A stretch of 64,000 bases of DNA from Trueperaceae bacterium (GCA_965215565.1 CBDCDZ010000004.1:3520001-3584000), one strand, 5' to 3'; shown: positions 19,213 through 29,762, counted from the first letter of the stretch. Program-made: numbers and translations. Notes: generated by a model from the letters alone, not told the origin.

Positions 19213-20151
19213 TCAAGGCAGCGACTCGAAGAACGTCATGATCGCCTCGCCTGTTCCGCCTGGCCAATTGTGCGGGTAGTAGCGCCCGCTATAGCCGTAG
19301 TCTTGAGTGTGCGGACACCACACGACGGGGTGCCGCTCGTCCGCGCCGCCGTAGCGCTCGCAGTTTAGGGAGCGCGGTTGAGCTGGAACAGGCGGGCTCG
19401 AGATGCCGTTCTGCCGCAAGAAGTGGTTCGCCACCTCTGCGCCGTAGTCCACGTCCACCAGGCGGTCGTTAGGATTATGCAGAACCATTGCGGCGGTAGG
19501 CGCGACACACTCTTCCGCGACGATAGAGCCGCCGAGCGTGCCGACGCCGCGCACCTGGCTCCCCCTCGCGCAGCCCAAAGCGTTCGCGAAGTACGCCCCC
19601 AGCGAGTGCCCCACCGCGAAGACCTTATCTAAGTTGAGGCAGTAGTACTGCGCGTGTAGCCCCAACATCACGTCGAAAAAGGCGTAGTCGCGCAGCGCGT
19701 CTGCAGGGTCGCCGGGGTCGGACCAGGTGAAGGTGCCGTCGCCTTGGCTGAGCCCGTTCGGATAGACGAAAATCGTATTCGCGGCGTGCGGCTCCAGGTC
19801 GTAGTAGCGCCTGACCTCTTCGTTCGGGCTGGTACGCCCGTGAAAGGCGAAGACGAGCGTCTGGGGAACGTCGGGGTCATAGTTTGCCGGAATGACGGTG
19901 ATAAAGGAGCGGATGCGCCCGTCCACCTCTACCCTCGAGGGCGCAACCGCCGGGGCGTCTCGTGAGCAGCCAGCGGAGCGGCTCGAGTTGCTGACCTGAA
20001 CTCGCCGCGTTTGATTCGGGACCTGAGTCTCCCGAGATACTTGCGCAGAAACGGCGGGCGGTCCGGCGCACGCCACGCTCAAGAGCGTCACGCAGAGCAT
20101 AAAGACAACAAATAGAAAGGCGGAGGGTAGACAGCGCTTGAATTGTCGCAT
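19213..20151 (-). CDS. Secreted PHB-depolymerase/LpqP-like esterase, probable lipoprotein
   Basis: Signal peptide with SVAC; VFAFHG, FVYPNG, GHSLGA nucleophile, HNW. Confidence 0.75.
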   Translation of the reverse strand: MRQFKRCLPSAFLFVVFMLCVTLLSVACAGPPAVSAQVSRETQVPNQTRRVQVSNSSRSAGCSRDAPAVAPSRVEVDGRIRSFITVIPANYDPDVPQTLVFAFHGRTSPNEEVRRYYDLEPHAANTIFVYPNGLSQGDGTFTWSDPGDPADALRDYAFFDVMLGLHAQYYCLNLDKVFAVGHSLGAYFANALGCARGSQVRGVGTLGGSIVAEECVAPTAAMVLHNPNDRLVDVDYGAEVANHFLRQNGISSPPVPAQPRSLNCERYGGADERHPVVWCPHTQDYGYSGRYYPHNWPGGTGEAIMTFFESLP

Positions 20152-20239
20152 CTTTCAGAGCTTACCCCGTCAAGGTTAGAGGTTGAGGAAGCGGCAGTGA
20201 AGAATCCATGAAAGAGGTAGAGAAGGCGTAAACTAGTCC

Positions 20240-21931
20240 ATGGCTCGCTTTAACTTGAAATCCGGTTTAGATAGTGACGTACTCAAGAACCTCCAGCCCA
20301 GCCCGCAGACGCTGCAAAACCTCCTAGCGAACGCGCGCGTGACGCTACAAAACGCGCTCGCTATGCTTCCCGGCGAACGTCCTGAATACTTGGTGGTGGA
20401 ACTCTCCGGCTCCTATCCTGCACGGAAGCAGAAGCGCAAGCTCTTTCCCCCGCAACTTGGCGCTCAAGAGACCTCGTTAGAGGCGTTCAGTGAGCAGATC
20501 GAGGCGTTGGCGCGCGCCGACTGGCTCAAGGGCGTCGTCTTCCGCCTGAATGACCTCAGTGTGGACCTCACCACGGCGCGGAGCTTGCGCGAAGAGGTCG
20601 TGAAACTCAAAAAGGCTGGTAAGCATACGACGCTCTACGCGCCGCAACTCGACTTACCCAGTTACTACCTCGCTACGGCTGCCGACGAGGTCATCATGCC
20701 GGACGGGGGCGAGCTGTTCGTGCTCGGGCTGGCCGTGCAAATCACCTTTATGCGTGACGCGCTGGCGCGTTTCGGTGTGTCGTTCGACAAGCTCGCCATT
20801 GACGAATACAAAAACGCGGGCGACAACTTCGCGCGCCAAGAGATGAGCGACGCGCAGCGCGAGCAGTACGGGGCGCTCTTGGACAGCCTCGAGGCCACCT
20901 TCTTAAACGACGTCGCCGAGGCTAGAAAGGTGACGCCCGGACAGGTCCAAGGCTGGATCGACGAAGGCGTGAGTTCACCGCAGCACGCCCTGGAACTGGG
21001 CATGATCGACCGCGTCGCCTATGAAGACGAGGTGCTACATAGGGCGCACAAGCCGCTTCGCGCCGGAGCGCGGTTTCTCACTCAAAAGCCGCGCCCCCTA
21101 AACACGAAGCGCGTCGCTGTGATTTCGCTGTCGGGCATCATCGTCCCCGGCAAGTCGCGGCGCACGCCCTTTCCACTGCCCTTAATCGGCTCCTTGCAAG
21201 CGGGCTCCGAGACCTTGTTGCGCGCCTTTCGCGCCGCCGCCGCTGACGAGAGCACCGCCGCTATCGTCTTCCTGGTTGACTCGGGTGGCGGTTCCGCGCT
21301 TGCGAGCGACCTCATCTGGCGCGAGGTGACGCGCGTACGCCGCGACAAACCCGTCGTGGCGGTGATGGGCGGCGTGGCGGCGAGCGGCGGTTACTACGTC
21401 CTCACACACGCGGACCACGTCGTCGCTGCGCCCACCACGCTCACGGGCTCCATCGGCGTGTTGACGAGCAAGTTCGTATTTGAAGACTTCAACGCGCGTT
21501 ACGGCTTCCACCCGCAAGCGCTGAGCCGAGGGCGCTACATCCTCGCGTTTAACTCGGCGCGTTCTTTTGACGACGAGGAGCGCGCGCTCGTACAGCGTTT
21601 CATCGGTGAGGTCTACGAGCGCTTCACGGACCGCGTCGCCGAGGGGCGCAACCTCTCTAAAGCGCGCGTGAACGAGATCGGACGCGGGCATATCTGGTCA
21701 GGGAAGGACGCTTTAGAGATCGGTCTAGTGGATGAACTCGGCGGCGTGACGCTCGGAATCCGGCGAGCGAAAGAGATTGCCGGGTTGCACGCGGACGCTC
21801 CGACGTGGAACGTGGATGCGCCCTCTAAGATGCTCTTACCGACACAGGAAGACCCGAGCACGCTGCTAAGGGCGCTAGCGCCGCTGCGCCGCGAGAAGGC
21901 GCTCTTGCTCGAGCCTGCGCACCTAATGTGA
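20240..21931 (+). CDS. sppA: Signal peptide peptidase SppA (S49, tandem domain)
   Basis: EYKNAG, VDSGGGSALASD, AASGGYY, TLTGSIGV, GRGHIWSG. Confidence 0.9.
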   Translation: MARFNLKSGLDSDVLKNLQPSPQTLQNLLANARVTLQNALAMLPGERPEYLVVELSGSYPARKQKRKLFPPQLGAQETSLEAFSEQIEALARADWLKGVVFRLNDLSVDLTTARSLREEVVKLKKAGKHTTLYAPQLDLPSYYLATAADEVIMPDGGELFVLGLAVQITFMRDALARFGVSFDKLAIDEYKNAGDNFARQEMSDAQREQYGALLDSLEATFLNDVAEARKVTPGQVQGWIDEGVSSPQHALELGMIDRVAYEDEVLHRAHKPLRAGARFLTQKPRPLNTKRVAVISLSGIIVPGKSRRTPFPLPLIGSLQAGSETLLRAFRAAAADESTAAIVFLVDSGGGSALASDLIWREVTRVRRDKPVVAVMGGVAASGGYYVLTHADHVVAAPTTLTGSIGVLTSKFVFEDFNARYGFHPQALSRGRYILAFNSARSFDDEERALVQRFIGEVYERFTDRVAEGRNLSKARVNEIGRGHIWSGKDALEIGLVDELGGVTLGIRRAKEIAGLHADAPTWNVDAPSKMLLPTQEDPSTLLRALAPLRREKALLLEPAHLM

Positions 21932-21984
21932 GGCGTCGGCTGCATAGTTATGAACTAGAGAAGCGCGAAGTGTGAAGTGAGAGG

Positions 21985-22086
21985 TGGCGGCTCTACCCGA
22001 AATGACATTGATGTCCGAGCAAGGGGTTTCAACCCCTTGTTCACCGTACCAAGATAGCAGAAGGAGCAAGCAGCTTAGAACTGCTA
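21985..22086 (-). mobile_element. Family B element, degenerate (about 102 bp)
   Basis: GCAAGGGGTTTCAACCCCTTG core and AGATAGCAGAAGGAGCA match the 10680 copy in reverse. Confidence 0.65.
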
Positions 22087-22130
22087 CTAAGTAAGAATAC
22101 GGAATTTTTCTCCTTGCTTCTTGTTCTCGA

Positions 22131-22172
22131 ATAGGGATAAGGCTCGAGTCTGGACTCGAGCCTTATCCCTAT
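22131..22172. terminator. Perfect 20-bp-arm hairpin between convergent genes
   Basis: ATAGGGATAAGGCTCGAGTC-TG-GACTCGAGCCTTATCCCTAT; no clear U tract. Confidence 0.5.
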
Positions 22173-22212
22173 CAAGAGGTCGCGCTAAGCTTGTAGCGTT
22201 CCGTCGTACCTA

Positions 22213-22323
22213 TAGCACTTCCAAAACATACTGAGACAGAGTGTCGCAGGTATCACCTCACAACGTGCGTGCTAAACAGTGTTTTCTACAGTGAGGGTGT
22301 CTCAGACCAGATGATACCTGCTA
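22213..22323 (-). mobile_element. Family A element, 111 bp
   Basis: Near-identical reverse complement of 16943-17053. Confidence 0.85.
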
Positions 22324-22526
22324 CTAGCAGCGTGGTTCGCGGCGGCGATCTGTAAGTCGCCCAATCTTTCTAAGAGGTCGGCGCGCTGCGCGCTCGTTAA
22401 ACGCGAGAACTCCCGCTCCTCTTCGATGCGCTCTGCGATTGCTTTGAGTTCGCTGAAGCTGTGGTGGGCGCGGTGATTGATGACCTCGAGCCACTCTCTA
22501 TACGTGGGACCTGAATTAAACGCCAT
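22302..22526 (-). CDS. Small hypothetical protein whose C-terminus is encoded by a Family A element
   Basis: AAGGAGG RBS; the last codons (SRYHLV*) lie inside the repeat. Confidence 0.65.
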   Translation of the reverse strand: MAFNSGPTYREWLEVINHRAHHSFSELKAIAERIEEEREFSRLTSAQRADLLERLGDLQIAAANHAASSRYHLV

Positions 22527-22760
22527 GTTGTTACGCCTCCTTCGTTCTTGACTAGAATAGATATGAGTATAGACGATGCTCGAAATTTTGGCAATATATC
22601 TGCCAACGTTGTACTTTCCGCATTTACAAATTTAGCATGGACACTCTAAAACTGAAATCTTGGCAAAAATTTTGCCACTAGATCGATTTGAGACGATTCG
22701 AACTTTCACGAAAAAGCCTCACCGTCAGCAAGAGGTGAGGCGAGTTGGGAGGTGTACCGG

Positions 22761-23240
22761 TTAGAGATTGGGCAGGACGCTCGGGAAGTCTGGGAAGAGG
22801 TCGGAGCGCTCCACCTTGCCGTAGTGGTTGAAAAAGCTCACTTCTCCCTCTAAGGTGCACGTCCACACCTCTTTTGCGCCTCTGGAGAAATAGAGGTCGC
22901 GCTTTTGTACCATCTCTGCTTCAGAGTTTGAAGGCGAAACGACTTCGGCGCAGAGTTCTGGTGCAACGTCGAAAGGCGTTTTCATCTCGTTTTTAGCTAA
23001 GAAAGCGGCTGAAGCCCAGGCTACATCTGCTACCTTGACCCCTTTTAGTGTCTTTACAGAACACTCCGAGAAGACTTTTCCTTCGAGCTTCAACTGAATG
23101 AGAAGGGCTCCAATCGCTATCTGCACAGCGCCGTGTACATTGGACGCAGGACTCATAACAACGTGACCCCATTCGTTAAGCTCGATCTTGAAAGGGAGAT
23201 TTTGCAAGATTTCGTTTTCAATAACCTCTGACCATTCCAT
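22761..23240 (-). CDS. Uma2-family (DUF820) PD-(D/E)XK endonuclease-like protein
   Basis: VVMSPA..HG, KVADVAW, APELCAEVVSPSN, YFSRGAKEVW. Confidence 0.88.
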   Translation of the reverse strand: MEWSEVIENEILQNLPFKIELNEWGHVVMSPASNVHGAVQIAIGALLIQLKLEGKVFSECSVKTLKGVKVADVAWASAAFLAKNEMKTPFDVAPELCAEVVSPSNSEAEMVQKRDLYFSRGAKEVWTCTLEGEVSFFNHYGKVERSDLFPDFPSVLPNL

Positions 23241-23263
23241 ACAACTATTCTACTCGAGACGGT

Positions 23264-24076
23264 TCATTTGAGTCCTGCAAAGAGGTCATCTACGGGCATC
23301 TCAGGAAAAGCGCCGCGCAAGCCGCCCAATGTAAAGGTCTCCTGGGTAAACATCGCCTCCCATACCTCTTTCTCGCGCTCGTCCGACATCCCCGCAAAGG
23401 ATGAGGACGGCCCCACCTGCGAGCGGTGCGCCCGGACTGCCGCCTCTTTCTGCTCGCGGTAGTGTGATGTGTCTATCACGACCGCAAACGAATCTTCGGA
23501 GACGCCGTACAGCTCGGGGTCGAGTTTCGAAAGAGGTGAGTTTTCGCGCATCGCCTGCATCTGCTTCATGCGCTCTGCCGCCATCACACTGTAAAAGAGG
23601 CGCTTGGGCGCAGGGTTCATGACCTTGCCCGCTGACCAAAAGGCGGCGGTGACAGCGCGGTGCATCTTGACGTGGTCGATGTGTCCGTAAATGCCGTGCG
23701 GATCGAAAGTGAGGATGACCTCGGGTCTGACCTCGCCGATGTGGGGCAAGAGCGCCTCCTCGATATCCGCTTCGTCCACGTTCATGAGCGCTTTGGGGTC
23801 ATCGTAGCGCGTGCGCTCTTGCCTGCCCGAGTCGTGGAAGTCCAAGAAGATAGGCGCGTCTAAACCCATCGCCCGGCACGCCTCCCTGAGTTCTTGCTCA
23901 CGCAACTTGGCGACATCTGAGGCGGCGTCAATCTCGGGATCGGTGATTTTGCCCGACTCACCTCTTGTGGCGCAGATGAGCTTTACCGTGTGACCTTGGG
24001 CGGCGTAGCGCGTGAGTGCGCCGCCGGTGCCGAAGGCTTCGTCGTCGGGGTGGGCGAAGATAGCGAGAAGGGTCAT
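23264..24076 (-). CDS. PIG-L/LmbE-family deacetylase (BshB/MshB-like)
   Basis: AHPDDE, ATRGESG, REQEL, YGHIDH, AHRSQ. Confidence 0.9.
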   Translation of the reverse strand: MTLLAIFAHPDDEAFGTGGALTRYAAQGHTVKLICATRGESGKITDPEIDAASDVAKLREQELREACRAMGLDAPIFLDFHDSGRQERTRYDDPKALMNVDEADIEEALLPHIGEVRPEVILTFDPHGIYGHIDHVKMHRAVTAAFWSAGKVMNPAPKRLFYSVMAAERMKQMQAMRENSPLSKLDPELYGVSEDSFAVVIDTSHYREQKEAAVRAHRSQVGPSSSFAGMSDEREKEVWEAMFTQETFTLGGLRGAFPEMPVDDLFAGLK

Positions 24077-24222
24077 GGCGCTATCATATGAGGAGAGGGG
24101 CACAAGGCAACGTGCGCTGCAGGTCATTCGCTCTTCGAATTTACAAATGAAGCCACCTAAGCCAAGATGGGAAGATTCTTGCCCTGTCTGGCACACCGCG
24201 CCTGAGTGCGGTATAACGCGCT

Positions 24223-26169
24223 ATGGCAAAGCTCAAAGCTGAGAGCCTCTTTGACCTCACTTTCATCTCTGACCCCCAGCTCAGCCCGGACGGGAAACGC
24301 GCCGCCGCTGTGCACACCGTGATCAAACCAGCCGACGAGGAAGATAAGCCACCGCGCTACGTCAGCCACCTCTTCCTCTACGACACGAGCACAGGAGAAG
24401 CGGTGCAACTCACGCATTCAGGTGACGCGAACACACGCCCACGTTTCTCCCCGGACGCCTCACAACTCGCCTTTTTATCCAAGCGAAGCGGGGACGATAA
24501 GGCGCAGCTCTACACGATGCCCCTCACGGGCGGCGAGGCGCGGCGGCTCACCGACTTTAAGGCGGGCGTGTCCGAATTCGTTTGGCATCCGGGTGGGGAC
24601 ATCGCGTTCGTCTCGAGGGGCGACGATGAGGACGCGCGGCAGAAGAAGGGTCTACCTCTTACCGTCAAACAGATGACCTATAAGTTCGATGGGGCGGGCT
24701 TCTTGCCGTCAGAGCCCGCTCAGATTTACCTCTACCGTTTCGGCAAAGATAAGAGTAAAAAGCTCAGCAAGCTTAAAAGCAACCCGAGCAGCCTAGCGTT
24801 CAGCCCGGACGGGGAGACGCTCTACTTCAGCGGCGCGAAAAACCCGGACGAAGTGGACGCCTGGCGGAGTAACATCTGGCGGATGCCGGCGAGTGGCGGC
24901 AAGGCGAAGTCGCTCGCGGAGAACATCAACATGGCGTTCCTGCCGAGCCCTAGCCCGGACGGAGCGCACGTCGCCTTCTTCGGTCCCGTTGACCAAGCCG
25001 TCTTCGCCAGCCCGACGGGACTCTGGCTCGTCGCGGCTGAGGGCGGTGAGGCGACGCTGCTCACCCCTGACTTGGAGGCGCTGCCCTCCATCGGCGGCGA
25101 CAGCAAGTACGGGGCACTCCCCAACGCGCCCGTGTGGTCCGAGGACAGCAAAACCCTCTTTTTCAACGCCAACCGCGAGGGACGGAGCGGTTTGACGAAG
25201 CTCGAGTTGGACACGCGCAAGCTCAGGCAGCTTCACAAAGAGGACCGCGTCATGACGAGCTTTGCGGGCGCGGACGGGCGCTTCGTCTTCACCGCCGAGA
25301 CGCCTGACACACCTGGCGAACTCTTTTTCCGGGACGGGCGTGGCAAGGAGACGAAGCTGAGCAACGTCAATGCGACGTTTTTAGAGACGTACCGCATCAC
25401 CCAGGCGAGCAAACCCCAACGCGCCAAAGCGAAGGGCGGACCCCGCCTCACCTACTGGACTATGGAGCCGGAGAAGCCGCGCAAAGACAACGCGCTCGTC
25501 TTGCAAGTACATGGCGGACCCCACACAAACTACGGCTACGGCTTCTACTTCGAATTTCAACTGCTCGCCTCGGCGGGCTACACCGTCGTCTACGGCAACC
25601 CGAGAGGCTCGTCGAGTTACGGCGCGGACTTCGGCGGCGCGATGTTGGGCGGCTACGGCACTGTGGACGCCGACGACGTGCTCGCCATCGCCCACGCTGC
25701 TAAAAACCATACAGACCCCGACGCGCCCATGCACCTCACGGGCGGCTCGTACGGCGGCTTCATGACGAACTGGCTCGTGGGTCACACGGACGAGTTTAGC
25801 TCAGCCGTGACCCAGCGCAGCATCAGCAACTGGCTGTCGTTCTACGGTACCTCGGACATCGGCTACAAGTTCAGCGACGTCGAGGTGGCGGGCAATCCGT
25901 GGGAACACACCGACAAGCTCTGGGCGCAGAGCCCCATAAAGTACGTCGCTGAGGTCAACACGCCGCTCCTCATCCTCCACGCCGAAGAGGACCACCGCTG
26001 CCCCGTCGAGCAAGCCGAACAGCTCTACATCGCGCTCAAAACACTCGGCAAGGAAACGAAGTTCATCCGCTTCCCAGACGAAGGACACGAGCTGTCGCGC
26101 TCGGGCAGACCGGACAGGCGGGTGGCGCGTTTAGAGGCGATTTTAGCGTGGTTCGAGGAACACGCTTAG
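24223..26169 (+). CDS. S9 family peptidase (acylaminoacyl-peptidase-like)
   Basis: Beta-propeller SPDG repeats; VHGGPH, GGSYGG, EDHRCP, EGHELSRSG. Confidence 0.93.
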   Translation: MAKLKAESLFDLTFISDPQLSPDGKRAAAVHTVIKPADEEDKPPRYVSHLFLYDTSTGEAVQLTHSGDANTRPRFSPDASQLAFLSKRSGDDKAQLYTMPLTGGEARRLTDFKAGVSEFVWHPGGDIAFVSRGDDEDARQKKGLPLTVKQMTYKFDGAGFLPSEPAQIYLYRFGKDKSKKLSKLKSNPSSLAFSPDGETLYFSGAKNPDEVDAWRSNIWRMPASGGKAKSLAENINMAFLPSPSPDGAHVAFFGPVDQAVFASPTGLWLVAAEGGEATLLTPDLEALPSIGGDSKYGALPNAPVWSEDSKTLFFNANREGRSGLTKLELDTRKLRQLHKEDRVMTSFAGADGRFVFTAETPDTPGELFFRDGRGKETKLSNVNATFLETYRITQASKPQRAKAKGGPRLTYWTMEPEKPRKDNALVLQVHGGPHTNYGYGFYFEFQLLASAGYTVVYGNPRGSSSYGADFGGAMLGGYGTVDADDVLAIAHAAKNHTDPDAPMHLTGGSYGGFMTNWLVGHTDEFSSAVTQRSISNWLSFYGTSDIGYKFSDVEVAGNPWEHTDKLWAQSPIKYVAEVNTPLLILHAEEDHRCPVEQAEQLYIALKTLGKETKFIRFPDEGHELSRSGRPDRRVARLEAILAWFEEHA

Positions 26170-27165
26170 ATGGACTCGAAAGCATCCGTGTCTGAAGTGG
26201 ATATTCTATACCACTACACCTCACTTGAGACCTTCTATGCGATTGCGGAAAACAAAGAAGTTTGGGCAAGCGATATCAAATACATGAATGATGCAACGGA
26301 ATTCCAATACGGTCTTGAGTTGGCTGAAGAGGTATTTCGCGATTTGAGCAGTAAAGGTAGTATTGCTGTTAGCGTAGAAGACGATGACGATTCAGTGAAA
26401 TCCGAAATAGAAGGATTTTTGAAGTATGTTTTGCGGGAAGGCTTCTCGAACTTGCAAGCGTACATCTTTTCGCTTACTCGAAGAGGTGATCTTCTTAGCT
26501 AGTGGCGTGCGTACTGTCCAAATGGAGGTGTAAGTATTGGTTTTAGCAGGAAGGCGCTTGAGCGACTAGCACAGCAGCAGAGATTCAAGCTGGTTGAGTG
26601 TGTTTATTTAGAAGCTGAGCAGAGGAAGAGGTTAGAAGAGATAATGAGGGGAGAAATCCCGCAGAGCAATGACCTTTCTTCGTTCTATCGCGTTTTCCTG
26701 GAAACCATTGCTACCTTTAAGGACAACTCATTTCGGGAAGAGGAAGAGTTTAGGTTAATTAGTGAACCACAGGAAATTGTACGGACAACTGATGCTCGTC
26801 CTACGTTAAACAACCATACTTTTGATACTCCTTACCCACCTAAATGGAGGGCGCAAGGCAGTATGTTCATTCCTTACACAAAGATTGCACTGTCTAATTT
26901 AGATAGTGAGAAGTTAGAGAAAAGACATCCAAGGTTATCTCCTCAAGAGAAAGGGCAAATGCGCTTACCGCTAAGTGATAGCGAGTGGATGTACGGAGAA
27001 TATCCATTTAGGAGAATTGTTGTTGGTCCTTCAACGCATCAAGGTTTAACAGTTGAGGCTCTTCAAGGCTATCTCGATGAGAATATGAGAGTTAAAGGGC
27101 ATGGCTTGGATGTAACAAGCCAAATTAGAGCTGATCCTTCTACCATCCCCTACAGAGCTAAATGA
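26170..27165 (+). pseudogene. DUF2971-like protein interrupted by one in-frame TAG (26500-26502)
   Basis: LYHYTS, YMNDATE, DLLS*WRAY, GVSIGF, FKDNSFREEEEFRL, IVVGP; both ORF halves share a frame; AT-richer than flanks. Confidence 0.8.
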
Positions 27166-27209
27166 CTTGCTGCGAGGAATAGATTTCGGTAAATTTCTCC
27201 AGTATCCTT

Positions 27210-29612
27210 TTAGTTGGAGGCAGGCTCGAGCCTCAACACCCCAATCATCCCCCGCTCAACCCCTTCTCGGTCGTTCGGGATAGAGATGTACTCAACGTCG
27301 CGCCAGCGTTTCGTGAAGTCGCGGTAGTGCTTTGAAAAGACGTTCCCCGACTGACCCGTGGTGTGCATGAACTGAGAGCGGTCAAGGTCCGCGAGGTCAT
27401 ACACCGCTCTATATCCCGGTCCGGCGGTCTGCTCATAACTTCCGCCGATATCGAAGCGCGCCGCGTTGACCGTGAAGGGGCCGCCGCCGTTCGGGATGGT
27501 GATGTTGAACAGCCTGCCGAGCGGCGTGTCACCCAAGACGGGATGGTCGTTGTCGGCGTAGTGCGCGTCGCCCCAGCGCCAAGCGTCCAAGTTATTACCG
27601 TAGCCCTCTTGTAGCGTGGACAGCGCGCGTTCAAACGCAGCCGCGCTCTGCGCCGAACACGTCTCTTTGACCTCGGTGCGGATGTCGTCGCACCACTCGG
27701 GTTTAGACCGAAACACCTCACGGATGACGAGCGGGCGAAAGCCCCAGTAGTCGTCAAAGAGGTCGCCCAACTCGTCCTCGTACACGAGCTGGGTCAGTTC
27801 CGCGTACCACGCTTCGAAGAGGAGGGGTTCGGGTGCGCCCCGCGCCATCGTTCCGTCCCAGCCGAGCAATCTGGCTTGCGCGTCCCTCAGGGTTTGGTCT
27901 TCTAGAGGCGTATTCAGGAGTATCTGCACGAATTCTCGAGCCATCAACGAGGTTTGGTCCGCCTGGATGCGGCGAAAGCTCTTTAAAGAGTGCGCGTCGG
28001 TGTTGTCTAACAGGGCGGTGATGCGCTCGGCGCGGTAGGGGTCCGCCCACTCGGAGGTCAGGAAGTAGGGGTAGTCGTCGCTGACGATCTTGTGGTTCGC
28101 CGTCATAATTTGATTTGATGTTGGATTAAAGGTGTGCGGCAACTCTTCGAAGGGGATAAAGCCCGTCCAGTCGTATTCGCCCGACCAACCGGGCACAGGG
28201 ACGAGACCGTCGCCCGAGGCGCGCACGGGCACGCGGGCGGGCGCGTAGAACCCGATATTACCCTCTACGTCGGCATAAACGACGTTTTGCTGCGGCGAGT
28301 GAAAGTCGCGCAGGGCGTTCTCGAACTCGTCCCAGTTGCGCGCGCGGTTGAGCGCCAAGCCTGCTTGCATGGAGAGGTCGTCATCTCTCAGCGTCGTCCA
28401 GGCGAAGGCGAGGGCGTAGCGTTCCCCTTCGGCTTCTTCGCCCTGTGTGGCTTGCGCTATCCTCTCCGCGTTCGCGTTCACGTCCGAAATAATGGGGCCG
28501 TGGCGGCTCTCGCGCACCTCTAAAAGTACGTCGTCGCCCCCCTTGACCTTGATGATTTCGCTGCGGCGGACGAATTCTTCGGTTCCATCTGGCGTTTCGT
28601 AAGCGTCCGGGTCCTCGTCGATACGCTCGATGAAGAGGTCTTGCGTGTCCGGTCCGGTGTTGGTGAAGCCCCACGCGACTTTGTCGGTGCGCCCGAGCAC
28701 CGCGATGGGCAGCCCCGGCAGCGTTGCGCCGCTCACCTCCAAGCCGGGCGCGCTCAAGTGCGCGAAGTACCACAGTGAAGGCGCTTGCAGTTGCAGGTGC
28801 GGGTCGTTCGCTAAGAGGGGCAGCCCCGTCACGCTCTTCTCGCCACTCACCACCCAGTTGTTCGAGCCGGTGCCGGGGGGTAGCGGCTTAGGCGACGTCG
28901 CCCACAGCTCGGCGAGCGGTAAATCTTCATCCATCTCTTTGTAGAGGGCGCGAAAGTCGGGCAGGGCGATGGGCGCGTCACCGGGATAGGGCGGGAAGAG
29001 GTCGGCGACTTGTTCACTAGATAGATGCGTGAGGAGCCGCGCCCGCAAAAGTTCGTCGTCCCAGTTGCCCGAGAGGTCCCACGACAACATCTTTTGCCAC
29101 ACGAGCGTGTCGGCAGGCAGCCAGGCTTCGGGTTCGTAACCGAGAATCAGAAATTCGGGCGGCAGCGGTCCGCGCCGCGTGTCCAGAAACGAATTGACGC
29201 CCGCTGTGTAGGCGAGGAGCGCCCCTTGCGTCTGCGCGTTGAGATTCTCAAAGGTGCGCTCCGCCGCGCGGTAGACGCCCAAGGTGCGCAAAAACTTATC
29301 TGTCTCCAAGGGTGCCTCGCCGAGCACCTCCGAAAGCCTACCCGCGCCCACGCGCCGCTGAAAGTCCATCTGCCAGAGCCTATCTTGCGCGTGGACGAAG
29401 CCGAGCGCGAAGTAGGCGTCTTCGGCTGACGCCGCGTAGATGTGCGGCACAGCGTTCGCGTCGCGCACGATGTCGACGGGCGCGTTCAACCCGGCTAGCG
29501 TCAGCTCGCCCGAGGTTTTGGGCAGCGAGCCCCTGAGCCAGATGAAGATGCCGAGCAGGACGATGAGGAGCGCCACCAGTACCCAGGCTGCGCCGCGCAA
29601 AAGATATGCCAT
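27210..29612 (-). CDS. Penicillin acylase family Ntn-hydrolase (S45)
   Basis: VPHIYA, HAQDRLWQMD, GSNNW, LANDPHL, TGQSGN. Confidence 0.93.
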   Translation of the reverse strand: MAYLLRGAAWVLVALLIVLLGIFIWLRGSLPKTSGELTLAGLNAPVDIVRDANAVPHIYAASAEDAYFALGFVHAQDRLWQMDFQRRVGAGRLSEVLGEAPLETDKFLRTLGVYRAAERTFENLNAQTQGALLAYTAGVNSFLDTRRGPLPPEFLILGYEPEAWLPADTLVWQKMLSWDLSGNWDDELLRARLLTHLSSEQVADLFPPYPGDAPIALPDFRALYKEMDEDLPLAELWATSPKPLPPGTGSNNWVVSGEKSVTGLPLLANDPHLQLQAPSLWYFAHLSAPGLEVSGATLPGLPIAVLGRTDKVAWGFTNTGPDTQDLFIERIDEDPDAYETPDGTEEFVRRSEIIKVKGGDDVLLEVRESRHGPIISDVNANAERIAQATQGEEAEGERYALAFAWTTLRDDDLSMQAGLALNRARNWDEFENALRDFHSPQQNVVYADVEGNIGFYAPARVPVRASGDGLVPVPGWSGEYDWTGFIPFEELPHTFNPTSNQIMTANHKIVSDDYPYFLTSEWADPYRAERITALLDNTDAHSLKSFRRIQADQTSLMAREFVQILLNTPLEDQTLRDAQARLLGWDGTMARGAPEPLLFEAWYAELTQLVYEDELGDLFDDYWGFRPLVIREVFRSKPEWCDDIRTEVKETCSAQSAAAFERALSTLQEGYGNNLDAWRWGDAHYADNDHPVLGDTPLGRLFNITIPNGGGPFTVNAARFDIGGSYEQTAGPGYRAVYDLADLDRSQFMHTTGQSGNVFSKHYRDFTKRWRDVEYISIPNDREGVERGMIGVLRLEPASN

Positions 29613-29762
29613 GATGAGGTTAGTCTAACAGTTGAGTTGTAGTTTAGGCGTGTAGATGCACGCGAAGATAGGCAAGCTGCACCGCTTTTTCTTCCACTAC
29701 ACCTCTCGCAACGCTCGAGTCTAGCCACAGTATTCTTCTACGTTCTACCTTACGCTTAGCCT

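Noticed and set aside
24077..24196. N-terminal extension of the PIG-L deacetylase
   Set aside because: It overlaps the divergent promoter; the family motif begins at MTLLAIFAHPDDE.
26500..26502. Pyrrolysine or genetic-code reassignment of TAG
   Set aside because: TAG terminates many intact genes in this window, and no pyl genes are seen.
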